NCBI GenBank assembly: GCA_963674745.2
Contig: CAXXDV010000003.1
Span: forward strand, 1,600,001 to 1,664,000
Length of the DNA stretch: 64,000 nt
Source: Desulfosudaceae bacterium
GTDB lineage: Bacteria > Desulfobacterota > Desulfobacteria > Desulfobacterales > Desulfosudaceae
Reading direction: 5' to 3'
A program made the translations under genes and the position numbers. Shown here one piece after another: positions 48,962-58,135 of the stretch; within the stretch, counting starts at the first letter, position 1, and each line of letters opens with the position of its first letter. The notes below the pieces were generated by a model that worked only from the letters and a program-made list of their open reading frames with translations, searched no databases and was not told the origin of the DNA.

Positions 48962-50191
48962 ATGATTAAAATCGCGGAACTCGACACCTTGCGCCGGTTG
49001 CTGGACAACCGGGGCTGGCGTCTGCGTTTCAGCAATGAGCTGGAACATGAATTCCAGCTGGATTATTTCCAACGTTATTTCCTGCACATGCAGATTGCCG
49101 GAATAACAGGTTTGCTTGTCTTTCTGGCCAGCGGATTTCTGGACATGATCTGGACGCCCGAAGTGGCTGAAAAGGAATGGCTGGTAAGAGTTATTGCCAG
49201 CATGCCCATGGCGTTGCCTTTGCTGCTCAGTTTCTGGGACCCGTTTAAACAAAAATTCGGCCAACGCCTCATGCAGCCGGGAATCTGCCTCTTTGCCTCA
49301 AGTGTCGTGGCCGGACTGGTCGCCATATCCCTTATTGCTCCCGAACCCTACAATTACTATTATTATAACGCCATCTCCGTGGCCATGGTGATGGTATTTG
49401 TTTTGTCGCGTATACAGTTCAAATGGGGGGTGATCTCCGCCATCATTATGATGATCACGTTTAATGTCGGGCTGATCCTGTTCGGTTCTTCCCATAACAA
49501 GCTGGCAATTGTGGTCATCAATAATTACGTGTTTTTCGGTGCAGCCATCGCCGCGGTGGTCGGCACGTTCCTGATAGAGCGCACCCTGCGACAGAATTAC
49601 CTGCAATCGCGTCTGCTGTCCGTTGAAATCCGTGACCTTGAGGAATCCAACCTGAAACTGCAATACCTGACAGCCATTGACGGCCTGACCCAGGTGGCCA
49701 ACCGCCGCAGCCTGGATCGGCGCCTGGCTCTCGAATGGCAGCGTGCCCGGAGAAAGCGTAACCCGCTGGGGTTCATCATGGTGGATATCGATCATTTCAA
49801 GCTGTTTAACGACAAGTATGGCCACCAGGCCGGCGACGAATGCCTTCGGGTGGTGGCTGCCCTGCTTAACAGCCATGCCCGCCGTCCCGGAGATGTGACG
49901 GCAAGATACGGCGGAGAGGAATTTGCGCTGGTACTCACTGACGCCACTGCGGACCAGGCCAGAATTGTCGCCGAAGTGTTGAGAAGAAAACTGGTGGAAG
50001 TGATCATTTCATACAACGATACCGTCGACGCCAAGGTGACCGCCAGTTTCGGTGTAGCGAGCATGGTGCCCGACAGCGGACAGACAAACCCGGAAGCCCT
50101 GATCCTGGCGGCCGACAATGCACTGTACCAGGCCAAAAGAGCTGGCCGCAACTGTGTCATGGTATATGGCCAACCGGATAACAACAAATAA
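48962..50191 (+). CDS. Membrane diguanylate cyclase
   Basis: TM region, then DGLTQVANRR, DIDHFK, an RPGD I-site and RYGGEEF. Confidence 0.95.
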   Translation: MIKIAELDTLRRLLDNRGWRLRFSNELEHEFQLDYFQRYFLHMQIAGITGLLVFLASGFLDMIWTPEVAEKEWLVRVIASMPMALPLLLSFWDPFKQKFGQRLMQPGICLFASSVVAGLVAISLIAPEPYNYYYYNAISVAMVMVFVLSRIQFKWGVISAIIMMITFNVGLILFGSSHNKLAIVVINNYVFFGAAIAAVVGTFLIERTLRQNYLQSRLLSVEIRDLEESNLKLQYLTAIDGLTQVANRRSLDRRLALEWQRARRKRNPLGFIMVDIDHFKLFNDKYGHQAGDECLRVVAALLNSHARRPGDVTARYGGEEFALVLTDATADQARIVAEVLRRKLVEVIISYNDTVDAKVTASFGVASMVPDSGQTNPEALILAADNALYQAKRAGRNCVMVYGQPDNNK

Positions 50192-50196
50192 CGTAT

Positions 50197-50835
50197 TTAT
50201 TTCTTCGTTGCGGTCGTCAATGAATGGATAATGACGGCATAAGCAATAAGCAAAAGGCCCACCAGCCCCCAAAGGGGCCAGTCCGGATGCGGTATGAAGG
50301 GGATAAGCGTTTTTAAAGGGACCCAGCAGTCGAGATGGATCACCAGAAAATGACCTTCAGGGGGATTTCCCATGGGGTGTGTTACCAGGTAAGCCCAGTT
50401 GCTGCGCGGAATGTTCTGGCGTAACGGAGAATTCAGCATGGACGCCATCACTTTAACGGGCACAGACGGTATATCTTTACCCGCCATTTCCAGGACAGGG
50501 GCCCCTCCCCGGTAATACCAGACGCCTTTTACCCGTCCTTTTCCCAGGGGGCCTTCGGCATGCTGCCGGAGCAGCGCATTAATATCCGGAGAGGGTTTCT
50601 GAAGTTCACTGCTTATGAGTTTACAAAGGCAGCGCCCTTGCTGCAATTTTTCATTCATCAGCGCATAGCGGCCGGTTCTCATACCATGATGCAGGCTGAA
50701 TGCGGAACCGAGTAAAAGTATCACCAGAACAAAACACAAATGGAATAAGGTGCACTGTCGCCAGGGATGGCGCTGTGATTTATTCGCTTCCATGGTTTTT
50801 AACATATCATGATTGTTATCGAAAGGTGAAGTCAT
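50197..50835 (-). CDS. Hypothetical protein with two TM helices
   Basis: Two TM segments flank a periplasmic-like region; start is uncertain. Confidence 0.55.
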   Translation of the reverse strand: MTSPFDNNHDMLKTMEANKSQRHPWRQCTLFHLCFVLVILLLGSAFSLHHGMRTGRYALMNEKLQQGRCLCKLISSELQKPSPDINALLRQHAEGPLGKGRVKGVWYYRGGAPVLEMAGKDIPSVPVKVMASMLNSPLRQNIPRSNWAYLVTHPMGNPPEGHFLVIHLDCWVPLKTLIPFIPHPDWPLWGLVGLLLIAYAVIIHSLTTATKK

Positions 50836-51037
50836 AATGGCCCGGGCGAGCAATCTTCTGAATTGACACCCGGGGATGATCCCGCTAAAATACAAAAACT
50901 AAAGAAAAATTTTCCTTCTGAAAAGGCATCGGGGGCAATTTTTTTTAGCATTTGGGGGAATATCTAAACAATTAATCTAATTTTATTTTAAACCATTATC
51001 CGGCATTGGGTGGCAGGAAATGGGCTGGGGTTAAAAA

Positions 51038-53134
51038 ATGACGTTCCCTGATCTGGCTCGGGGTGTCCTTATAAATCTGTTCATGCTTCTGGGGTTTGTC
51101 GCCTTATCTTCCATGTCCCGGCGACTGAAGGCAGGACCCTCAAGTCATCTTCCCGCCTGGGCGGATGGATTTATGTTCGGTCTCATGGCGGTACTGGCCA
51201 TGGCGGTTCCATCGGCTACCAGTCCCGGCGTGATCTTTGATTGCCGCTCCGGCGTGATCGGGGCCGGCGCAATTCTGGGCGGTCCGGTATGCGCCCTTAC
51301 CAGCGTTGTTTTCCCCGGTCTTTATCGACTGCACATCGGTGGCTCCGGCCTGATTCCCGGGCTCCTGGAAATCATACTGCCCGCCGTTCTGGGTTCTCTG
51401 TGCTACCTGAAGCGTCATAAACGCCGGCAGCCCTTGACCGTGGCTTACGCTGTTCTTTGCAGCCTGATTATCGGATTCATTTCAAACGGTATTATCCTCA
51501 CTTTCCTTCTGGTGTTCATGCCCCACCCGAACCTCCTGCTCGATACCGGCAGCAGCTTGCTGATCCTTTTTAACGGCCCCCTGTCGATGGGACTGTTTTC
51601 ATCCCTTCTCGTGCTGGAAAGGGAGCATGCCGAAAACATGGAATTGCATACGTCTATTTTGCAGACCACCCTGGACGGGTTCTGGCTGGCAGACAGCCAG
51701 GGCAATCTGATTGAAGTCAACGAAGCATACTGTCGGATGAGCGGTTACAGCGAAGCGGAACTGCTGACCAAAAACATTGCCGACCTGGAAGCATCCATGG
51801 ACGGCCCGGAAGTCGCGCGGCATATTCAGTTAATCACAGACAAGGGGTGGGATCGCTTTAAAACCACCCACCGTCGCAAAGACGGCAGTTGTTTCAGCGT
51901 TGAGGTCATCGGTCAGATGCTTCCCGATCAAAGCGGCCGGGCCGTGATTTTCCTGCGCGACATCACGGACCGGGAAAAAGCGGAAGCGGCTTTACGGGAA
52001 AGTGAAAAAAAATACCGGCAACTGATCGAAACCACGGATACCGGTTTTGTCATCCTTGATGAAAAGGGCCATGTCCTTGACGCCAATCAGGAATATGTCC
52101 GGATGACGGGTTATGGCGAGCTTCAAGACATCCTGGACAGGCCGGTCACCGACTGGATCGCCCCGGAAGATCGGCGGCGCAGCACCGAAGCGGTTAAGAA
52201 CTGCCTGCGGACCGGATCGCTTCGCAACCTCGAAATCTCATACATCGATACAGCAGGCAGAATCGTTCCGGTTGAAATCCAGGCCAACATGCTGCCCGGA
52301 GAGGAATCATCACTAATCATGGGAATATGCCGTGATATCACGGAACGCCGAATGGCCATGGAAGAAAGACAATCCCTTCAGGAACAGCTTTTCCGGGCCC
52401 AAAAAATAGAATCCATGGGAACGCTTGCCGGTGGGATTGCACACGATTTTAATAATATTCTGTCTCCCATTATCGGCATGTGCAGTATTTTGTTAAAAGA
52501 ACTGCCTGAAAACGCCGGGCTGCAAGCCAAGGTACAGCTTATTCTGGAAAGCGCCCAGAAAGCCTCGAACCTGGTAAGACAGATGCTCACGATAGGCCGA
52601 CGATCAGACAGCAGCAAGCAGCCGGTCGAAATCCAGAAGATCATCCGGGAGGTCCTGTCCCTGGTCCGGCTCTCACTTCCGGACAACATCGATATAAACC
52701 TGAAAATCGAGGAGTCCCTTGAGGCGATCCCGGCGGATGCCGGCCAACTTCATCAGGTCTTGATGAACCTGATCACCAATGCCTATCATGCCATGGAAGA
52801 CACCGGCGGTTTGCTTGAAATCGGGCTGCGTGAAACCCAGATCGATGCCGATAACCTTCAGGAGCCGTCCCTGACACCCGGCAGGCACCTTGTACTATCT
52901 GTTTCGGATACAGGCCCGGGCATGGATGAAACCACTGTTGAAAAGATTTTTGACCCGTTTTTCACCACCAAAAAAGCCGCTAAAGGGTCGGGACTTGGCC
53001 TTTCCGTTTCATACGGTATCATCAAGGGGCATGACGGCGCCATAATCGTAAAAAGCAAGCCCGGCCAAGGGACCGCATTTCATATTTATCTTCCGATTCA
53101 AGATATTGATCTAAAAGAAGATAATAAACATTAA
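51038..53134 (+). CDS. 5TM-5TMR_LYT, 2xPAS sensor histidine kinase
   Basis: PGVIFDCR…GGP LytS-type TM domain; AHDFNN, NLITNA, FFTTK and GSGLGL motifs. Confidence 0.93.
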   Translation: MTFPDLARGVLINLFMLLGFVALSSMSRRLKAGPSSHLPAWADGFMFGLMAVLAMAVPSATSPGVIFDCRSGVIGAGAILGGPVCALTSVVFPGLYRLHIGGSGLIPGLLEIILPAVLGSLCYLKRHKRRQPLTVAYAVLCSLIIGFISNGIILTFLLVFMPHPNLLLDTGSSLLILFNGPLSMGLFSSLLVLEREHAENMELHTSILQTTLDGFWLADSQGNLIEVNEAYCRMSGYSEAELLTKNIADLEASMDGPEVARHIQLITDKGWDRFKTTHRRKDGSCFSVEVIGQMLPDQSGRAVIFLRDITDREKAEAALRESEKKYRQLIETTDTGFVILDEKGHVLDANQEYVRMTGYGELQDILDRPVTDWIAPEDRRRSTEAVKNCLRTGSLRNLEISYIDTAGRIVPVEIQANMLPGEESSLIMGICRDITERRMAMEERQSLQEQLFRAQKIESMGTLAGGIAHDFNNILSPIIGMCSILLKELPENAGLQAKVQLILESAQKASNLVRQMLTIGRRSDSSKQPVEIQKIIREVLSLVRLSLPDNIDINLKIEESLEAIPADAGQLHQVLMNLITNAYHAMEDTGGLLEIGLRETQIDADNLQEPSLTPGRHLVLSVSDTGPGMDETTVEKIFDPFFTTKKAAKGSGLGLSVSYGIIKGHDGAIIVKSKPGQGTAFHIYLPIQDIDLKEDNKH

Positions 53135-53148
53135 AAAGCCGCATCCGA

Positions 53149-53544
53149 TTAAGCCTCAAGCTCAATCATCAGAGGGATGACGTGAAGTACTCCGGAGACT
53201 TCACGGGTTTTACCGATTTCCCACCTGCTGCAGACCGCCCTGCCGGCCAGCAGGTTATCAATCCCTCCGACCACGCCTTTGACATCGATCACCGGATGCC
53301 GTCGCAGAACTTCAGGCAAACCATAGGTCAGGTTACAGGCCAGGCATTTCCCCGGCCGCTGGTGCAGGTGGAATTCGAAGTTCAGGTGTTTTCCGGTTTG
53401 CCCGGCAAAAGCCAGGCTGATATCATAGGCACCTTCGTCTGCATCACCGTAAAGCACCTCAAAAAAACGGTCAGCCCTGTCCCGGGGGAAAATGTCTTCC
53501 AGGGCCGTTTCCGTAAAAAACGCCTGGAAGTCCCGCTCATTCAT
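53149..53544 (-). CDS. Conserved hypothetical protein with a CxxC motif
   Basis: FFEVLYGDADEGAYDI…RPGKCLACNLTYGLP, recalled as a Desulfobacterota conserved hypothetical. Start set at ATG 53544. Confidence 0.7.
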   Translation of the reverse strand: MNERDFQAFFTETALEDIFPRDRADRFFEVLYGDADEGAYDISLAFAGQTGKHLNFEFHLHQRPGKCLACNLTYGLPEVLRRHPVIDVKGVVGGIDNLLAGRAVCSRWEIGKTREVSGVLHVIPLMIELEA

Positions 53545-53811
53545 ATTCAATATCCTGTTCCAGAAAGATAACGATAAAAGGCTGAGTTCAATAAAATAAT
53601 CATAGCCGTACCGCGGGTTTTGTGTCAACAATTACACATATTCATTTACACTTTGAAAGTCCGCGACAATTGGCGGATGATGGCGGCGCTTCTTTCTTAC
53701 CATGAAAATCTTTTATTGAATTGATCAATTTCGATCAAACGTATAAATTTATCTGTATCATAACCATCAAAATATAAAATATGAACATCCGGACATTAAG
53801 GAGAATCGACA

Positions 53812-54468
53812 ATGAACTGTTTAAAGTATGCATCATATCTTTTGTTGCTCCATCTCCTGCTTAGCGGGCCCCTTTACGCACAGATAAATTCCTGGGTGGA
53901 CGAAAACGGGATCAGGCGCTATTCGAATTCGCCTCCTGAGAAGCCTGAGGGGTCTTATGAAGTCATTGAAGAGGTTGAAAACGAGGAAACCCCGAAGAAA
54001 ACCAACTATCAGCGTGATAACTGGAAAGAGCGCCTGGAACAAAAACTAGCCGAAGAAAAAGCCGATAAAGAAGAACAACTGTTAAAAAAGCAGAAAACGG
54101 ACAAAAAAGAAAAAATAAATAACGCTTATGAAGCACTGAATAAGCTCAAGACGCTCGTAGCAGGAGATATCGACTGGGACGAATACAAGAAACTGTTGGT
54201 GGAGGCAAAAGCAAGGCTGGATTTACTCACCGATATTCCAGATGCTAAAGACGAAAGAAAACTGCTGACAGAGGCCTATGAGAGTTTCGCGCTTGTAACG
54301 GAACTGAAAAGGTGGGCGATGGGCGACCAGGAAGAGCGTCTGATTAAACGAATAAAGAAAATGAATGACGATTGGGGTACGAATGCCCCGAACAGCTATT
54401 TTAAGGCCCGGGAAATCTGTTGGCAGCGTGCGGCAGCCAAGCTCAAAGAGTTCGGCAGCACCCCATAG
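53812..54468 (+). CDS. DUF4124-domain secreted protein
   Basis: Signal peptide, then WVDENGIRRYSNSPP and a coiled coil. Confidence 0.8.
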   Translation: MNCLKYASYLLLLHLLLSGPLYAQINSWVDENGIRRYSNSPPEKPEGSYEVIEEVENEETPKKTNYQRDNWKERLEQKLAEEKADKEEQLLKKQKTDKKEKINNAYEALNKLKTLVAGDIDWDEYKKLLVEAKARLDLLTDIPDAKDERKLLTEAYESFALVTELKRWAMGDQEERLIKRIKKMNDDWGTNAPNSYFKAREICWQRAAAKLKEFGSTP

Positions 54469-54672
54469 ATCGTTTTCTTCATGCCCCCCTGATCAAAACA
54501 GACAACCGATGGCCATCCCGGTGTCATGCTCGTTTAATTTTTCAGATCACTGCGTTATCCCTTCCCGACCCCGATTTATCCGGTGATTTTAAATCCGGGA
54601 TCTGATAATATATATACCAAAATGGACTGATTTCCCACTGAATGACTAATCCGCATAACTGACGGGGGCTGA

Positions 54673-55176
54673 ATGAAGGAATCCAAGTTTTTAAAGGACA
54701 CCATGCAGAACATTGAAAAACTCCTTACCATTCCCATGATGAAAGAGTTTGAAACCAAATCTCTGGGTAATATCCTCAGGCAGAGCAAAGTACGCCAGTA
54801 TGAAGACGGAGAAAAGATTTTCAAAGAAGGCGATGTCGGACCATGGCTCTACTTCCTTCTTTCAGGCGAAGTCCGGGTGGAGAAAGACGGTGAGGATCTG
54901 GCCACCTTGAAACGCAAAGGAGATGTATTCGGCGAGATGGGCATGTTGACGGATTCCTATCGTTCGGCATCAGCCACCGCCGTTGGTGAAACCATCTGCC
55001 TGGTAACGGATGCATCCCTGATCAATGATTTTTCTCCAAACGACAAACTGGCGTTCTGCTGTATCCTTTACCGTGTGTTGGCAGAGGTGGTCACACAACG
55101 GTTGAAAACGGCCAGTGATGACATCGTCAGGTTAAAAAAAGAAAACGAAGATCTCAAGGCGCGACTGGGGGCCTGA
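54673..55176 (+). CDS. Cyclic-nucleotide-binding domain protein
   Basis: IFKEGD, LSGEVRV, FGEMG and RSASATA motifs. Confidence 0.92.
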   Translation: MKESKFLKDTMQNIEKLLTIPMMKEFETKSLGNILRQSKVRQYEDGEKIFKEGDVGPWLYFLLSGEVRVEKDGEDLATLKRKGDVFGEMGMLTDSYRSASATAVGETICLVTDASLINDFSPNDKLAFCCILYRVLAEVVTQRLKTASDDIVRLKKENEDLKARLGA

Positions 55177-55192
55177 CTCAGCATTTTTCCCG

Positions 55193-55843
55193 TTACCCTT
55201 TTAACCCCAATGATGGCGGAGAAGGCTCTCTGGCCATAAACCATATCGAGGGGGCGTCCCGGTTCAGCCGGTATTCGCTGATGACCAGAAAACCATGCCT
55301 TTTATACAAGGGCAGATTTTTTTCATTGGAACACTCCAGGTAAGCGGGTTTGGCTGCCCGGTCATACACGGCCAGGGTCTCCCGCAGCAACAGGGAACCG
55401 ATGCCTTTACCCTGCATGTCTTTGACGACGCCCAGAGCATGAAGATAATAGTGGCTGTTCACCGGTCGCGCAGATTCAACCCTGCGCAGCAGCCGATCGG
55501 CCAGGACAATCATGCGCAACCCCTTTTTTCGACCCAGATAGCTTAAAACCCAGGCCAGGGCAAAAGAAAGGGGTGGGAACCGGGTACTGACACCGGGCGG
55601 CAGCCACAAGGCCGCACCGGTTTTGTCCGGGGTTACCCGGCTCAGGCCGTAACCGGCATAATACTTTACGAACACGGCTTTAAAATAACGGGGAATAAAA
55701 TCTTTTTCCGGCTGAATATAGTTCATGACCGGGTCTTCCATAAAGGACCGGCCCAGTATGTCCCCGACAAGTTCCGCATCTTTTATGGAAAGTGGCTTTA
55801 ATGTCATAATATTATCCGGCGGCACCTGTATCTTTTTTTTCAA
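55193..55843 (-). CDS. GNAT acetyltransferase
   Basis: HYYLHALGV…QGKGIGSLL and YLECSNEKNLPLYKRHGF motifs. Confidence 0.92.
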   Translation of the reverse strand: MKKKIQVPPDNIMTLKPLSIKDAELVGDILGRSFMEDPVMNYIQPEKDFIPRYFKAVFVKYYAGYGLSRVTPDKTGAALWLPPGVSTRFPPLSFALAWVLSYLGRKKGLRMIVLADRLLRRVESARPVNSHYYLHALGVVKDMQGKGIGSLLLRETLAVYDRAAKPAYLECSNEKNLPLYKRHGFLVISEYRLNRDAPSIWFMAREPSPPSLGLKG

Positions 55844-57917
55844 CCCGGCAGATCAGCGCCTTTATAGGCACCGAAGCGGATGCCGGGCATAAGGGTTCGT
55901 CATTGGTCACCATGTTGATGTTTATTTTTTTCCACCCGTCCTCAACCCCATACCAGAAACCATGAGGGGAATGGACCACCCGGGGATCTATACCGTCATA
56001 GTATCTTGCCTTTATTTCTATCCGGTTCCTGGGGGAAGACAGGTAAACCCATTCACCGTCTTCAATGCCAAGCGCCCGGGCCGTGTCCGGATGGATCTGA
56101 AGTTCAGGGTCCGGCATACGTTTCCGTAAAGACGGAATGTTCCGGTGAGACGAATGGTAATAAAAAACATAACGGCCGCCGGTGGTCAGAATCAATGGAT
56201 ATTCCTCGCTGAGTTCAGGCTTGCTGAAAGGGCTTTCGTCAGGCTCGGAAAAAGCCGGCAGCGGTGATATGTTCAACCCATTGAGATAATCGGCATAGAG
56301 CTCTACTTTGCCCGTAGGTGTTCGGAACCGGCCCGTTTTTTCGTAACGTTTATACGCTACCGGGTTGACGGACTTTCCGATCTTCGCAAGTTCATCAAAG
56401 GTCATGCCGACATATTCCAACCGGTAGTCCAGAACCTCTTTGATCGTTTTCCAGTATTCGGTCAGACCCGTTTTACGAGCCAGATCGATCAGGATCTGTT
56501 TTTCATCCCGGCATTCGGGCACCGGTTCGACCGCTTTTCTCTGGCAGATCACATGGTTTTTCATCAACAGGTCTTCCACGTCATCCCGCTCACTCCAGTG
56601 GGCCGGGGGAAGGATCACGTCCGCCAGCTCGGTGGTGGGGGTATGATAGTAATCAACCGTAAACAGGAAATCCAGGGACTGCAGGACCGATCTGACCCGG
56701 CCCGAATTGGGATAGGCACAGACGCTGTTGTTGGCGAACAGGCCCAGGGCTTTTACCGGATAGGGTTGGCCATGGGTAATGGCAGGCCAGACGACCTGTG
56801 GCGGGCAGGGAATCGGCACCAGTCCGATCAGGGGATATGTGTCTCCCCCGAGTTTTTTTGCCCCCTGGCTGGAAGGAAGGTTTCTGGCCGAGTCGTAATC
56901 CGAACCGTAGCAACTTCTTTTTCTGGTGGGCGGCGAACAGTTCAAATTGCCGCCGGGGATTTCCAGGTTCCCGGTAATGGCACTGAGTATGCTCAGGCCC
57001 CTTGAAATATGAAAGGCATCATTGGCCTGGCAGACACCGCCCATGCCCGGACCGATGGCTGCCGGATTTGCCTGCGCGAAAGCAATGGCCGCCGCTTCAA
57101 TCTTTTTTGCCGGGACCCATGTGATCGCTTCGCCTTTTTCAGGGGTAAATTCCGCCACATGGTCTTTTAATTGATCAAAACCGGCGGTCCAGTTTTCCAC
57201 AAAGTCCTTGTCATACAACTCATTTCTTATAATAACGTGAATCATCGAGAGAATAAGGGCAACATCCGTTCCCGGCCGAATCTGAAGCCAGTGATCCGCT
57301 TTTTGGGCGAATTTTGTGCCCCTCGGATCCACCACGATCAGGCTGGCCCCTTTTTTCAATCCCTGTCGGATGTCATACATATAAAGGCCGGGCCAGGATT
57401 CTTCCGGGTTATGGGCCCACAACAGCATGCATTTGCTTTGGGCGTAATCCGGGTCCACCAGGCCGAAACCAATGGTCGCAACGCTTCCCAAAGCCAGCGG
57501 CCCGCCGCTCATGTTAGATGGCGCCATAAAATTCGGAGAGCCGAACTGCATTAAAAACCGGTTAAGATACGGTGCCATGCCCCGGGTTGTTCCGGAGCCA
57601 AAGACAACTGATTCGGCGCCGAATTTTTCCCGGTATTCAAGCAGACGTTCGGCAATCAGCCCCAGGGCATGGTCCCAGGTGGCTTTCTCAAATCGTGTGC
57701 CCTGCCGGTCGCCCACCTTAATTAACGGGGTTGTGATTCTATCCGGGTGATAAATCATCTCCATGCATGCCCTGCCCTTGGGACAGGTATAGCCATGACT
57801 GAAGGGATGCGTTTTATCTCCCTTTATCCCCACGACCCTGCCGTCCCTTACGGAAAGAATCACCCCGCAACGTGAATGGCATTCAAAACAGATTGTTTGA
57901 ACTTCAGTGGTTCCCAT
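55812..57917 (-). CDS. Mo/W-bisPGD oxidoreductase, acetylene-hydratase-like clade
   Basis: CFECHSRC…CPKG Fe4S4 motif; VVDPR, IRPGTD, ADVILP, FRTPTGKVEL and IHPDTA motifs. Confidence 0.9.
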   Translation of the reverse strand: MGTTEVQTICFECHSRCGVILSVRDGRVVGIKGDKTHPFSHGYTCPKGRACMEMIYHPDRITTPLIKVGDRQGTRFEKATWDHALGLIAERLLEYREKFGAESVVFGSGTTRGMAPYLNRFLMQFGSPNFMAPSNMSGGPLALGSVATIGFGLVDPDYAQSKCMLLWAHNPEESWPGLYMYDIRQGLKKGASLIVVDPRGTKFAQKADHWLQIRPGTDVALILSMIHVIIRNELYDKDFVENWTAGFDQLKDHVAEFTPEKGEAITWVPAKKIEAAAIAFAQANPAAIGPGMGGVCQANDAFHISRGLSILSAITGNLEIPGGNLNCSPPTRKRSCYGSDYDSARNLPSSQGAKKLGGDTYPLIGLVPIPCPPQVVWPAITHGQPYPVKALGLFANNSVCAYPNSGRVRSVLQSLDFLFTVDYYHTPTTELADVILPPAHWSERDDVEDLLMKNHVICQRKAVEPVPECRDEKQILIDLARKTGLTEYWKTIKEVLDYRLEYVGMTFDELAKIGKSVNPVAYKRYEKTGRFRTPTGKVELYADYLNGLNISPLPAFSEPDESPFSKPELSEEYPLILTTGGRYVFYYHSSHRNIPSLRKRMPDPELQIHPDTARALGIEDGEWVYLSSPRNRIEIKARYYDGIDPRVVHSPHGFWYGVEDGWKKININMVTNDEPLCPASASVPIKALICRVEKKDTGAAG

Positions 57918-58064
57918 ATATTTGTCTCCCTGAAAACATTATGATTACTCATCAGTAAATTCTATCGATTTCTGAATTCAATTCAAGCTTAAACGCTGGT
58001 TTGCGTCTTTACTTCTGGTGCAGGCTACCTTGACCGGACAAGTTGGACAATGATTGGAAATACA

Positions 58065-58094
58065 TTGACACACAATATTCTTTTTGGTTATAAA
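58065..58094 (+). promoter_or_regulatory. Sigma70-like promoter sharing TTGACACACAA with the portable module
   Basis: TTGACA-18-TATAAA upstream of the hybrid kinase. Confidence 0.5.
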
Positions 58095-58135
58095 CAATAG
58101 AATTTTAACATTTTTTTATAATCCTCCTAAACGCG

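Noticed and set aside
52984..52995. GGGTCGGGAC resembling motif A
   Set aside because: It lies inside the kinase G2 box codons (KGSGLG), so the match is coincidental.
55812..57917. Calling the Mo/W enzyme a true acetylene hydratase
   Set aside because: The catalytic Asp next to the Fe-S Cys is replaced by His.
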